Below are positions 14,341-28,344 of a stretch of DNA of 64,000 nucleotides, in pieces (within the stretch, counting starts at the first letter, position 1; each line of letters begins with the position of its first letter). A model generated the notes under the pieces. It worked only from the letters and a program-made list of their open reading frames with translations, ran no database searches and was not told where the DNA came from. Source of the DNA: Eledone cirrhosa (lineage: Eukaryota); assembly GCA_964016885.1 (NCBI GenBank), contig OZ024741.1, positions 35,898,001 to 35,962,000 on the forward strand. The letters run 5' to 3'. A program made the translations under genes and the position numbers.

Positions 14341-14962
14341 GTAATCTTGGTATGTTTATATACATTTTTTCTTCTAACTTTGATTTTATACCTAATTGTG
14401 TATGGTTGACGATATATTTAATCGATTTCCATGTGCTATTGAAATGCTGGGTAAATATTCTATAGCGAATAGATGGCTGTCGTTTATTTATCTATTATTT
14501 CTTCATAGGTGCCTTTTAATCTTATAGCCCGGTTTAGTTGGTTTTTTGTGTGGTTGATTATGCTGATTGGAAGAGGAGATGGTGTATATATTTTATCAAA
14601 TGATTCTATGGACATACTTTATTGTATATATATCATCATCATTTTACGTCCGCTTTTCCCTGCTTGCAAGGGTGGGACGGGAACTGATTCTGGCTTGATT
14701 TCTATAGCTGGATGCCCTTCCTAACACCAACCTCATTTACAGTGAGTGCTGGGTGCTTTTTTTCCGTGGTGCCTACATGTCCACTTTACAATATGGACTG
14801 GGTGCTTCAGTTCTATCATCTCATTTCTACAGCTGAGTAAACTGGAGCAATGTGAAATAAAGTGTCTTGCTCAAGAACTCAACACATCAGCCGGTCTGAG
14901 AATTGAACTCACAACCTTTCGATTGCAAGGCCAATGCTCTAACCACTAAGCCATGTGCCTCC

Positions 14963-15026
<64 letters not shown>

Positions 15027-15084
15027 ATATATATATACATGTATATATATATATATATATATACGTGTATATATATATACGTGT

Positions 15085-15116
<32 letters not shown>

Positions 15117-15124
15117 ATAATATA

Positions 15125-15505
15125 ATAATAAAATGAAAATTATTATTTACAGTGCTCAGGTGCACTACAACTCATCAAAGGTGCATGTATAGTACATAGA
15201 ATAATTTACAAATGTCATGAAAGTGAATAGTGTATGAGTCATGATATACACACAAATATATGCATGCGTAGGCATGAAGGGGGAATATCAGGTGTAGTGT
15301 AGGCGAATTTCAGGAGGCATAGAAGTTCTGAAGGATGCAGTGTCCCGACAGCTAACAACTGATGCAGGTAGTTTGTTCCATGCTTCAGCAACTCTGAGCA
15401 TGAAAAAAATGTTTGCGGAAGTCGTGAAGAAAGTGGTTCCATCACATATTTTTGGGAAGATGTAAGTTTTAGTGGAGACTCTATGCCTCTTGCTACTCAT
15501 TGTGA
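15125..15505 (-). mobile_element. CR1-like LINE 3' fragment
   Basis: FFMLRVAEAWNKLPASVV...SFR, a typical CR1-group ORF2 end. Confidence 0.7.
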
Positions 15506-15735
15506 CAAATTACTTCCTTGGAAAATTAACATCATTAATACAATTATTATTATCACAATTATATGTGTATATACATATATATATATATATATATACATAT
15601 ATATAAGCATATGTATGCATGTGTGTGTTTGTATATATATATACCGAGCTGAGGATCCGAATAAGGTGAAACAATTGTTCTCGGTATAATGAACTAACTA
15701 TTGTGGAACTATTTATATATATAAGCATACATGTG

Positions 15736-15790
<55 letters not shown>

Positions 15791-15799
<9 letters not shown>

Positions 15800-16176
15800 T
15801 AAAAGGAAAAGAAAATGCTGACAAATTGTTCCCAGTGAAAAATAGTTTAATTAGGAATAAGTAAAAATTAGTAATAGTATTGGTTAGTATTCAGTATTGG
15901 TTTTAAGTTTTACCGGTTGCGCATTTCTAATGCTTTTCAAAAATAATTTTGATTAAAGCAAACATCACGGGCACTCTATCTCAAAATTATTTTTGAAAAG
16001 CATTAGAAATGCGCAACCGGTAAAACTTAAAACCAAAACTGAATACTAACCAATACTATTACTAATTTTTACTTATTCCTAATTAAACTATTTTTCACTG
16101 GGAACAATTTGTCAGCATTTTCTTTTCCTTTTACCAATATATCATAACTCATGTGTTACACCTCTATTCTTTTAAA
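15791..16176. repeat. Fold-back insert: about 160-bp inverted arms + about 34-nt tail, in (TA)n
   Basis: 15791-15952 / 15981-16142 are near-perfect reverse complements. Confidence 0.85.
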
Positions 16177-17044
16177 TATATATATATATATATATATAAA
16201 AGGAACGATCGACTTTCGTCAAATCGGACCGAGGAAACAATGTTTCCGTTGGTCTTTCCAATTGCTAATACTATCTATCGGTCGCAACTCCAGGTAGAAG
16301 GAGCAATGTGAAATAAAGTGTCTTGCTCAAGGACATAACGCATCGCCTGGTCCAGGAATCGAACTCACAACCTTACGATTGCGAATCCAATTCTCTAACC
16401 ACTCAGCTTTTTTTTTTAAACATGCAAATTGGTGAGGATGATATATATACACATGCATACAGACATAAATATACACATATCAACACCATTTAACATCCAT
16501 TTTCCCTGCTAATAAGGTTTGGATGGATTGTTACAAACCATGAGAGCTACTGACCTCTTAGACAGATATATTCCTGAACTCTACAGAGAGTATTTTATCA
16601 TGGCACCAACACTAGGGAGGCTGCCATGTCTTTGACACAGCTGAAGAGTTCTCTGAATCCTTTGTTTGGTAGATTTTCCATTCTTAGGTGTGTTTATCAT
16701 GTTGATCACCAACACTTGAGAGGTTGTCATACTTGATGCAACTGAAGAATCCTCATAACCAATTTCTTCTGCTAGATTCCTTCCTAACAATGACCACTTT
16801 ACCGTGTGCTAGCATTTTATTGTGGTACCAGCACTAGGAAGGTTGTCCATCATGGAGTCAACGAAGGCCCTCACTGCTCTACGGGAGGAGGTAGGACATG
16901 GGAGTTAAGAAGAATAAGTATATCATGGGTAAGAAAAGAGAGGTGAAGAGGAAGGGACAAGTTTAATGTCATGGGTGTATGACAGGTGTGTGGGGTTATA
17001 ACAAAAACACATACATATATATCAAAGGCAGGGTATCAAAGAAC

Positions 17045-18030
17045 GTGCGTTGTATATGTGGCCAATGCACAGGTGCAGTAAGTAGCAAGAGCTCTCAGGA
17101 TACTATGTCCTTCAAATGTCCAGAGGCTCTGTAGAAATAGCCAACAGTTTCAGCAGCCTGGGTGACCAAATTAGCAGTGGAGGAGGGTGTTCCAAAAGTA
17201 CAGTAGTCAGAATAAGAGCAGGATGGAAAAGGTTCAGGGAGCTACTACTGCTGCGCTGCTAGCTACAAAAGGTTTTTCTCTCAAATGAAGGGCAGATTGT
17301 ATGATACATGTATACGAACAGCAAAGTTACATGGTAGTGATACCTGAGCACTGCAAAGATTGGAAAGAAATGAAGCCTGCATGCTCCGATGGATGTGTAA
17401 TAGAAATATACATGGAAGGCAAAGTACAAATGAACTGAGAAAGAAACTGGGCATAAGAGGGATCAGATATAGTACGCAAGAGAGGGGACAGGATTTGTAT
17501 GGCCATGTGATGTGTATCAAGGATGACAGCTTTATAAAAAGCTGCAGAGCGATCAAAGTTAATGGAAGGCCTGAAGTCAGAAGACCTGGGAAGTGATGAT
17601 AAAAGCTGACCTTGCACAATTGAACCTCTCAAAGACGATGTCACAGGATCGAGTTCTTTGGAGTTATGCGATAATACAGAAGACCTGGCTTCCTAAGTGC
17701 ATGAGTTGAAGCATACAACTCGTATACACCACTTAACCCCTATCTTCCATACACCTCTCACATCCTAATTACACCACTCTTGTCCCCACACCTGCACCTC
17801 TCCCACTCCAGTCCACACTGTAAAGTGGTCATATAGGTGTCAAGACAAAAGGCACCCAGCACACACTGTAAATGTGGTTGGCATTAGGAAGCGCATCTAC
17901 CCATAGAAATCAAACCAGAAACAGTTCCATATGAGCAAGACTCGGTCACCTGACCTGACTTGCCCCTCAAATGAAATGACCCGTCTAACCCATGCTAGCA
18001 TGGAAAATAGACATTAAACGATGATGATGA
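17045..18030 (+). mobile_element. RTE LINE 3' fragment with 3' UTR
   Basis: ERNEACMLRWMC...YGHVM remnants, the shared 3' UTR and a (GAT)n tail. Confidence 0.85.
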
Positions 18031-18077
18031 TATATGTATGTATGTATGTATGTATATATGTATGTATGTATGTATGT

Positions 18078-18681
18078 CAGGTCACCAGTTGGTGCTACTG
18101 GTAACATGTATCCCAGTATAACCTGCCTCATGGTCGGGTCGTTGGCGACTAAACTGGCAACCCCACCAAGGTTTCTTGGTGAGGAGGGTGACTTTGGACA
18201 TCCTGCAGGACTAAAAACAAAACCTGTCAAAGGGCAAAGGAGCTCTTAAAAGTCAATGGCCATCCAAAATCACAGGGAGAGATGACCCCTTAGCCGTTGT
18301 CAAGGCAGAATTCTAGGAGAAGGAAAACTCTGATATAACACCTGCAACCCTGATGGTATCCAATGATGTTGACTTGTTCTTCTTTTTGGTACATATCATC
18401 TTGGTTAAGAGAGTGGGACTGGCTTTGTGCAGTGCCTTTGCTCACTATAAAAGCTTCACGGCACAGGCATTGCTTTGTATCTGGAGATCTCTCTGCGCTT
18501 GTCGTCGGGTGGTGCCATGGGCCCGGCACTGTGTGTCGGTGGTTGTCAGAAGTGTGGTGTTTGTACCAGAGTTTTCAAGTCGCTGGCTGAACTGGGGGGT
18601 CACACTTGTTCAGCGCATCCGTAGGGGTTCTCCTACATGGATATAAAGTAGTGGCCGTACTCGAAAACGAGTTGGCAGCCA
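18078..18681 (+). mobile_element. Non-autonomous bipartite LINE derivative (5' UTR-like part + 3' end) in (ATGT)n
   Basis: The 3' part encodes a C2H2 remnant (CGVCTRVFKSLA..); tandem partial copy at 18698-19106; older copy on the minus strand at about 24690-25120. Confidence 0.65.
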
Positions 18682-18697
18682 ACATGTATGTATGTAT

Positions 18698-19106
18698 CCG
18701 GGAGAGATGACCCCTTAGCCTTTGTCAAGGCAGAATTCTAGGAGAAGGAAGACTCTGATATAACACCTGCAACCCTGATGGTATCCAATGATGTTGACTT
18801 GTTCTTCTTTTTGGTAAATATCATCTTGGTTAAGAGAGTGGGACTGGCTTTGTGCAGTGCCTTTGCTCACTATAAAAGCTTCACGGCACAGGCATTGCTT
18901 TATATCTGGAGATCTCTCTGCACTTGTCGTCAGATGGTACCATGGGCCCAGCACTATGTGTCAATAATTGTCACAGGTGTCATGTTTGTACCAGAGTTTT
19001 CAAGTCGCTGGCTGGACTAAAAAGTCACACTCGTTCAGCGCATCGGTAGGGGTTCTCCTACATGGATATAAAGTAGTGGCCGTACTCGAAAACGAGTTGG
19101 CAGCCA
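18698..19106 (+). mobile_element. 5'-truncated tandem copy of the 18078 element
   Basis: Matches 18275-18681; encodes CHVCTRVFKSLAGLKSHTRSAHR-stop. Confidence 0.75.
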
Positions 19107-19119
19107 CCATGTATGTATG

Positions 19120-19167
<48 letters not shown>

Positions 19168-19347
19168 GATCCATGTGTATTTGTTTGGAATATATACACT
19201 GTGTCCCAACATAAGAACTAAAAAAGTTAGTGTCAACACCATTTGGCTATAAAACATTTCTTCAAAAGGTTCTGTCCATCTCATGCTATCATGGAAAAGT
19301 TGATGTGATGAGGATAGGCATACATACACATACATACATACATACAT

Positions 19348-19404
<57 letters not shown>

Positions 19405-21273
19405 TACATATATACATATATCATTGTTGTTTTTAACGGCTGCTTTCCCTGCTAGCAAATTATATATACACACACAACACACATACACATACATTATTAC
19501 ACAAACATATATGAGAGAGAGAGAGAGAGAGAGTGAGCAAAAGAAAGCAAGAAAGGATTAACAGTACATGAAGGAAGGCATAACTGATTTAGTGTGATAC
19601 ATCAGATGATAATATTTATTATATTGGCTATTGTTTTGTTAAGCCAGTAAACAACATTAGATTAGCTTTTATTGATAATACTAGGAATGGCTAGAGGGTG
19701 GAAAAAACAAACAAACAAGTGTTTTAAGAAACTTCCCTCTCCCACCCTGACTAAAGCAGGGGTTAACCTTATAGAGACCCCATGATAGACTTCATATTCA
19801 CCATGGGGTTCTTTTGAGGCATTACAGTGTTTTATGAATGGATACTCTTCCTGATGCCAACCCTTTTAGTTGCCTCTTACAACACACATGGATAAGGTGT
19901 ACCCATTCTCAAGAAGATACAGTGGTAAAAAAAATAAAAATAAACATAAAACACTGCACTATATTCCACATTCTTCCTTATGATGATGATCATAGACAGT
20001 AGTATAGCAAAAGTTTGGGGCAGTCACTGAGTTTGCATCCCACCCTCACACACACACACTAGTATAAAAAAAACATTTTTTCAATGTAACATTTTTTCAA
20101 TGTTGCCCCTCCAAAATAGTGCTACACTACTGTATATAGAATGTAATTTCATATATGTACAATCTAACCAACAACAACCACTCAACTTGCTAGAAAAAGC
20201 AGTGAAATCTCCCTCTCTACCACCTTAAATAAAGGACATATGAGATACATCACACCTGGGATATAAAGAAGGTCTTGCAAATCATTCCTAATTACTGCAG
20301 GTCTCATTACCATACATTTTGACATTACTCCATTTCTAATGAAAGGCACTGTCTGCAATTTTTTTTATCATTTTTAGAATAATCAAGAATTTGGAGAGAT
20401 TTAATAATATAAACTAACTTTCTTATTACTAAGTTGGTGTTCAGAACATAAAGGTTATATAAAATTATTAAGAAGGATTTTGGGATAAATATGAACAATT
20501 TTATACCATAGAGCCATGGGCTCAAGTAGTTTGTTATCAAAAGGGTTACCTGGCTTTTGTGACACTTTTTCATCTCTTTCTATAGATATTGACAGAGAGC
20601 AAACTAACTGTTTTTCTATAGCAATTAACAGAAAGTGAGCAGATACTGTCCTTCCTGTCTTTCTACATCTATTCACAGAAGGTGAACTTCAACTTTCCTC
20701 ATACTTCTATTACAAAGCTTTGTTAAGGGAAATTGGGTAGGCAGAAACTGTCTTAAAGCCCATTGGATGGACAGTACCTGGTTCTGTCATGTCACACACT
20801 GTTTCATGTTTATTCTGTCTGATGAGTATATTACGGGTACACAATTGTCTATGGAATACACAGCCACTTATAATACGATTCAATGAATTCTGTGTGATTG
20901 AAAATAAGTAGACAGAAACTGTGTGGAAACCCATTGGATGGACAAGTGCAGGATTGGCCTTGTCAGACACTATAATCAAGTTTCTTCTACCTAAGGAGTA
21001 ACAAAAGTCTATGGAATACTCAGCCACTTATACAATAATGCAATGAGTTTTGTGAGATTGTTTGATTAAACAAAAGAAATATTCATCATAGGTTACTTAA
21101 TACAAGTAAACTGGGTTACTTAATAATCCCTGTCTCACACACACACACATGTATATGCATATGTTATTACTATACATACAGAAATATGATAGAAAGTTTA
21201 TGTAAATCTATGCAGATGTCATAAAGAAATGTCATTGGTGTTTCTTAATTTGTTTTCTATTTTGTGTGTGCGC

Positions 21274-21414
<141 letters not shown>

Positions 21415-21634
21415 CTATTAGGTAGCCCCTTAACCTTTTTGATACCAAGTCACCTAAAACCACACATTTTTCTACAATACAAAACTGTTTATTTTGAAGT
21501 GTTTCTATTTATCTAAAATCCTTCTATTATAATTTTAGATAAAAACATTTAAGTTATGTTCCAAATACAAACTTAATGAAAAAGTTAGTTATATTGTTTG
21601 AAAATAATAATCACCACCATCATCATCATTGCAA

Positions 21635-21980
21635 CTATGGTCGAACATTCCTGACCAAGTCTCTCCATAATCCATGATTTTCCATTGCTCCCTGACACTG
21701 CTCCTCACTGAGGTTTGTATCGACTGAGAGTTGATCGATGACTGTTTGAGCAGGTCTTCCTCTACTGTGTCTACCAGGATAGGCAGATATAAGCACTTGA
21801 GAAGAAGCTAGATGGTGCATACACAAAAATGCTCAGGGTTGTACAAAACAAACTGGCATCAACATATCACAAATGAAAGTTTACAAAGAAACTTGTCCAA
21901 GATAACAACTACAATTGCTCAAAGACAATTATGCTTTGCAGAACATTGCTGGAGAAGTAAGCAAGAAGTTATACACAAGG
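21635..21980. mobile_element. RTE-group LINE 3' fragment with inverted upstream part
   Basis: Minus strand GRHSRGRPAQT.IDQL..DT; plus strand LDGAYTKMLR...RQLCFAEHCWRS. Confidence 0.6.
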
Positions 21981-23106
21981 TGAAAATAATAAGCAACATT
22001 TTTCATTAGAACTATGATAATGAAAGGGTTAAGTATACATATGACATAAAAACAGCCACCAACCAGATACTCAGTTCAAATTGTGCCAATATCCAGGATA
22101 GGCAGATATATGATACTTTGACATCAATTAAGATTAAACTTCAGTATTTGATTTTTATTCAGATCACAGTTGTTTCATCTTAGGGTTGGTAGACATAGTT
22201 ATCAACTGGTGGTAGATATAGTTATCAACTGGTTTAACACTACATCCCCACCTTTGGATGGCTTTAGTGGTATCCATTCTGCTGCAAGTATTCAGATAAG
22301 ATCTCAGGTTTGGAGATACATTATTGTTTCTGCAGTATCTCACCCATGATTTTAGCATTGTCTTTGTTTATGATGACTGATAAAACCCATACTGGCATAG
22401 AAAAACTGATGATGATGATGATGGTGATGATGATTCCCCTCCCACATATCAGCATGGACTGAACCACAAAGGTAGAAATATATAAGAAACACCCAACAGT
22501 AAATATTGAAAACAGAGGATTTAGAATTGAGAAGCTGAAGACAGTTATTTGTAGATAAACTGAGACAAAGCTTGAAATAGAGAATTGTAAATATGAAAAC
22601 AGGGATATATATGGCAGAGAGATAATTGAAAGATGTTACATGAATAAAAGAAATTGCAGGAAGATAAGAACTGATATATTATCAAGCAATATAATTTATA
22701 GTGTGTTTTCTCTGTTAGTCCATCTCCCTTGGAATGCTAAAAATATTCTCACTGAATTAATATATACATACATATACAAACATATACATTATACATATGG
22801 ACATACGCTAACACTGCCAGATACTTTACACACACAAAATAATGCATATATACAGTACACACATTCAACATACAAGTCCACTACTACATACCACACAGAC
22901 ATATGCATAACACACACTAACTGTGATACTTTACACAATATACCTTTTAAAAAACACACATTTAAACATACAGTGAAGTGTTTGTGTGTGAGTGTGTGTA
23001 CCAAAATTGTTACCAAGACTACCTAACGGTTTGTCTTGTTTACTCTATTTTCAATATTTTTTTTTTACTTCACTTGAACTACCTTTTATTTTCTCTATCC
23101 TTTGTG

Positions 23107-23905
23107 ATCCTGTATCTGGAATTCCTCACTAAACTCCATTCCTACTCTCACTTTACTGACAGCACCCCTGTACATAGCTTGCACTGTCCTCACAAGCCAT
23201 TCCTCTACACCTAGTTTCCTTAGGGACCACCAGATGACAGATCGGGGTACCCTATCAAAGGCCTTCTCTTGGTCAACAAAAGCTAAGTATAGTGGCTTAT
23301 TCTTCTCTAAGAACCTCTCTTGTAGTTGCCTCACTAAGAAGAGGGCATCTGTTGTACTTTTCGAGGCACAAAACCAAACTGCATCTCATCTAATTTGACC
23401 CTTTCTCTAATCAGTGGCGCTAATATTCTCTCTGCCACTTTCATAACCTGATCCATCAGCTTTATGCCTCTATAATTGCTCCTCTCCAGAGCATCCCCTT
23501 TACCTTTGTAGCAATTTATGAGAATACTGCTGCACCAGTCTTTGGGTATGACACCACCATATATAGCTTGATTGATGATGTGTGCAACTAGTTTAGTGCC
23601 TACTTCTCCTGATGCCTTCAGCATCTCAGCAACTATCCCAACGGTCCAGCAGCCTTACCATTCTTCATTTCCTTAATTGCCTCTTGTATCCTATATTCAT
23701 CAATCTCAATAGCTGGTCTCTCTGTCGGGTCTACTGGGGGTAATTTCTCTCTGTCCCATTCATTCTCCACATTCATCAGTCTCTCATAGTGACATTTCCA
23801 GGCATCCTTTTTTTTATCATTCGTGACACTAAGTACACCGGCATCATTCCAGACACACTTATCTCCAACAACATCTTGATTTGTACTGACACACTACCTT
23901 GCAAT
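23107..23905 (-). mobile_element. Internal RT fragment of the 48-kb RTE subfamily
   Basis: ORFs 23095-23334 and 23334-23624 are nearly identical to the sequence at about 49410-50190. Confidence 0.9.
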
Positions 23906-24125
23906 GTGTATGCATATGAATGAAGAGGGAATGCTTATAGAGTTTGAACAAAACAATGTTTCTTTTTTCTATTTTTTTCAGTAATGGAATATACAGATAG
24001 AGAAATGTATATTTCATTCCTTAATTTCTTTAATACTATATTTATAGTGTTTAAACATGAGCAAAGTTATGAGTCATTTTAGCCAAATACAACCTTAGTG
24101 AATTATAATATTACACGCATATATA

Positions 24126-24222
24126 CAGGGTGTTCCAAAAAATTGCATACACACTTCAACAGCATTCTAATAAATATTGCCTGTACAGGTAAAGTGTGAA
24201 TACATTTTTTGGGGACACCCTG
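24126..24222. mobile_element. Tc1/mariner-type MITE
   Basis: TIRs cagggtgttccaaaa / ttttggggacaccctg, preceded by TA. Confidence 0.65.
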
Positions 24223-26137
24223 CATATTAAATTGTGTGCTAAGCAGTCAAAGTATATGATGAATTTATATCTGAATATATACAGTGTTGAGGTAACAGAC
24301 TGTATACATTGAGTATTTAGACATGTAAGCATGCCAAAATTACTTATTTCCCAATAAACTGAAAAAAAGGATAAATGTCTTGAATCGATTTTACAACCTT
24401 TTTGGATTCTCGTCAGAAGGCATGTATGTCATCTAAACAAACACAAGGAATTACATAACTGAAGAGCTACGTGTATATATATATGTATGTATATATGAGG
24501 TTGGTGTTAGGAAGGGTATCCAGCTGTAGAAATAAAGCCAGAATCAGTTCCTGTATGAGCAAGACAAGGTCAGCCGACTGGACACTGCCCACAACAGGAT
24601 AACCCGTCTAACCCATGCTAGCGTGGAAGAACGGACGTAAAACGATGATGATGATGATATACATGATGGCTGTAACTTGATTTCAAGTAATGCTATCGCT
24701 TGATACTTAAGAGGATGTCAGATATCAAGTGATGCTTGTGCTTGAAGCTTTTTTTAAGTGAGGAAAGGCTTTGTACAAAACCAATCCCACTCTCAGAACA
24801 TTGAATGCATTTACAAAAAAGTAGAACTGGTCTACATCATTTGATGCAAATGAAGTCGTAGGTTTTACAATTGGGGTAAACTTCTTAATGAAGACTAAGG
24901 GTCTCTCACTCCACTGCCCCTCCCCACCTCACCCACCATAAAAAAAATATTTGGATAGCCGTTGACTCTCCTGAGTTCCTCTGCCCTTTGATGGGTTTTG
25001 TTTTTCATCCCACAAGGTGTCCAAAATCACCCTCCTCACCAAGCAAGCTTGGTGGGGTTGTTAGTTTAGTTGCCGACATACTACACAGGTTATACTGAGT
25101 TACATGTTACCAGTAACACACATATAAGTGTGTGTGTGTGTGTGTGCATATAGATATATTTATATATACCATTTAAGTTATTTTGATTACCTAAGGGTAG
25201 AACTATTGGTTCTGGGAGGCAAACCATATGTAATGAATCAATCAAAGCACTCAACATTATGCAAGTCATCCATCATAGATGTGGTAACTAGTGGTTGGTG
25301 CAGGAACAGAGTAAAATATTTATAAAACAACAACAGAAGGCCAGACTGGAAGATTAAAATTTTACACCATATCTTCCTGTCCAGCCTTCTGTTGTAAACA
25401 TACCATGTTTCTTTAAAAATACGAAATTTCTATACATATCTGTATAAATCTATGCTTGAAGCTAAATCCTATTTCTATATATATATATATATATACACAC
25501 GCACATTTACGTAAGTTATACATACATAGATAGGTATGTATAAGACAGTGAATTATCAGTTACTAGACCATTGGATTGTATGCTGCCACACAGTATGTGT
25601 TCCAGCTGTCAGCACATATTCACTCACCTCTGCTTTACTATCAACGTAATCTAATTGGATCTACCTGGTCATGTCATTTCGACCATGGCAGCTCAAATGT
25701 CCTACCATCTGACTAACAAAAAGAAAGGGATTTCATGTGGATGGATAGGTTGGTACTAGTTTTCTACATCTGAAATAAAGAAAGTTTTTGTGACCAACTG
25801 ATCACATTTGAAAGGTTCTAACAGATCATCAGTTGTTCCTGCTTTTTCATTGATTTATTATTTTACTCCCTCACACACCATTATTAACCTTTTTTTATGA
25901 TATTTCTAATGAAATGTACTGCCTATTTGTTTCCTTTCATTTTGAAAATCACCAAGAATTTGGTGTGATAACTCATCATTAAGTTGGTAATACATACAAA
26001 AATTAACAAAGGTTCATATATAAAGTAAGGATGATGTTTTAATATAAATGTCGGAACACTGCATCCTTCAAAACTTTCATGCTTCCCAAAATTCGTCAAC
26101 ACTACACCTGATATTCCCCTTCCGTACACACACATGC

Positions 26138-26198
<61 letters not shown>

Positions 26199-26201
<3 letters not shown>

Positions 26202-26363
26202 CATGACTCATACACTGTTCACTTTCCTGGCATTTATACATCATTCTATCTTCTATACATACACCTTCACGCAGAAACGCCCGTTTGTACCGTCCTGTGC
26301 TGTCCTTAATGTTATACTTTGTGTCAACCCTTGTGGTTAATAAAGAAAACATTATTATTATTA
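26199..26363 (+). mobile_element. 3' end of a Tx1-like LINE (shorter relative at 59266-59320)
   Basis: Ends gtggttaataaagaaa + (ATT)n, like the 43294 terminus; gtgctgtccttaatgt is shared with 59266. Confidence 0.5.
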
Positions 26364-27386
26364 TAGGAACACTTTAAAATTAGAGGTTTTGTATGATAAT
26401 AACAAATAAGCATGTTAACCTTTTTGACACCAACCAACATGCTTGTTATTAAGACTAAAGTTTTGGTGTGAAAACGAAAATGTTTGAAAATGGGTTTCCT
26501 AGCTAGTTTTCAAGGGAGTGTATCATGAAAGGATTACAGATGTTGGTGATAGGAGAGGTGGGCATATCACAAGCAGGTAGTGGTTCAGGGTAAAGGTTTT
26601 GGATATATCACAATAGAGAATGGTGGGGGGAGATTGTGATAATTGTTTTATTTCAGTTACTAATAAGACCTTGCAAAATATTGATACTATTTCATTTATG
26701 GATATACTAATTAAAAATGTTGTATAATAACTAATTAAAACTTGTTAGTGTTCATCATAAATAGCAACCACAAGTCTGAAAAATTGTTTTCTTATCTCAG
26801 TCTGTTTGTTTTATATCCAGTGGGGTGAGGTGGAGTAGTGAAATGGAATGAAATAAGATAGGTTTGACCATCAGAAGAGAAAGATGAGAAGAGAGAGAGA
26901 GAAACAGGCAGACAGAGTCAGAGATAAGAATGGACAATGTCATAAGTAGTGGTGATGGTGGTCATTGGTTTTCTTCGAGCAGTTGATATCAATGCAAAAT
27001 ATTAACACTAATCCAGCGGTTAGGGTGTTGGACTATAGATCATAAGTTTGTGGGTTCGAATCTTGAACAAGACACTTCAGTTCACATTGCTTTTCATAAC
27101 AGGACTGGGAGCCCCTACCGTTAAACACCAAAGAAACCTCACCTGAGATACAACGAATGAGGCTAGCTAAACCTACATAGGTAAGCTGTAAATTTCATTT
27201 TCAGTTTATCAGTAAAAGAAATATATGCACACACATCAATATACACCCTCACTATTATATATCTGAGAAATGGGCAAAACTCCAAACCTTATTTATGTAG
27301 AATTTGAAGGTGAAAATTGTTAAAATATTGACACCTACTTTCTACAATTGATTTTTTGGTCATATTCCTTGGCTTATATTCAAGTG

Positions 27387-27387
<1 letters not shown>

Positions 27388-27476
<89 letters not shown>
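27388..27476. repeat. Compound (TC)n(TA)n microsatellite
   Basis: Direct observation. Confidence 0.97.
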
Positions 27477-27477
<1 letters not shown>

Positions 27478-27991
27478 TTTTCAATATATCTCTCCAGCCT
27501 AGCTAAGGAACATTTTGCTTTATCACCATTAATGATTATTATTGTTTACTATTAATTACTTTTTTATTCTCACTCATTAATTTTTTAGCTAAATTTCCTA
27601 TGACAGCTAGTCAAATATAAACAAATACTAAGACAAAGAATTGACAGTCGTTAGAACATGGGATAGAATGCTTTACAGAAGTTCTCTCTGTCCGTCTGTC
27701 TGTGTGTGTGTGTTCTGTGCTCTGAGTTCAATTCCCACCAAGATCAACTTTGCCTTTCATCCTTTCGATGTCATTAAAGTACTAGTCCTATACTGAGATC
27801 AATTCTTCCTCCATATCTCTACCTCTTGAAGAAATTGGCTTTTTTTTCAGACCAGAAGGAGGATGGTCTCCAAGTTTAAATACCTAAGTAAATCATTACT
27901 GCAGCCTTAAATTCCATCAAAGGTTTGGAGTCTATGAATGGATAGAAAGAAATATTTCAGTTTCATTTTCTGCATTTTGTGACTTTGTGGT

Positions 27992-28196
27992 TTAACCCTA
28001 TAGCATTTAAACAGGCCATATCCGGCCAGAATTCTCTCACCTCTTTCTGATCAAACCAGCCGTAACCGGCTGCTCATCCAACATTAAGGTATTGTTCTCA
28101 AAATAAATTATATCAAAATCTCATTGATTCGATATTATTGTATTACTGTGAAAATACAATAGTAAATATAGAGTAATGTAAATGATAAAGGGTTAA
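27992..28196. mobile_element. piggyBac-type MITE family 1 (copies at 3704-3890, 11042-11341, 11795-12009)
   Basis: TTAA|CCCT.TAGCATTTA...TAAATG.TAAAGGG|TTAA termini, four dispersed copies. Confidence 0.75.
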
Positions 28197-28344
28197 AATC
28201 TGTTTTTAAAATTTTACTCTAGTGGGTATTTTTTTCAATGTCTCGTGTTTTGACTTGATTTTCCAATACTTATTTTTTGTTTTCTGATCTTCATATGAAA
28301 TAAATGTTTATAAATATGATTAAATATTTCAACATTATGTAAAG

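Noticed and set aside
18078-19106. CRISPR array or LTR pair
   Set aside because: No repeat-spacer periodicity, TG...CA ends or internal domain.
25628-25708. Minus-strand exon with good acceptor and donor
   Set aside because: Stops in all three frames and no PDE9-like sequence; it could only be non-coding.
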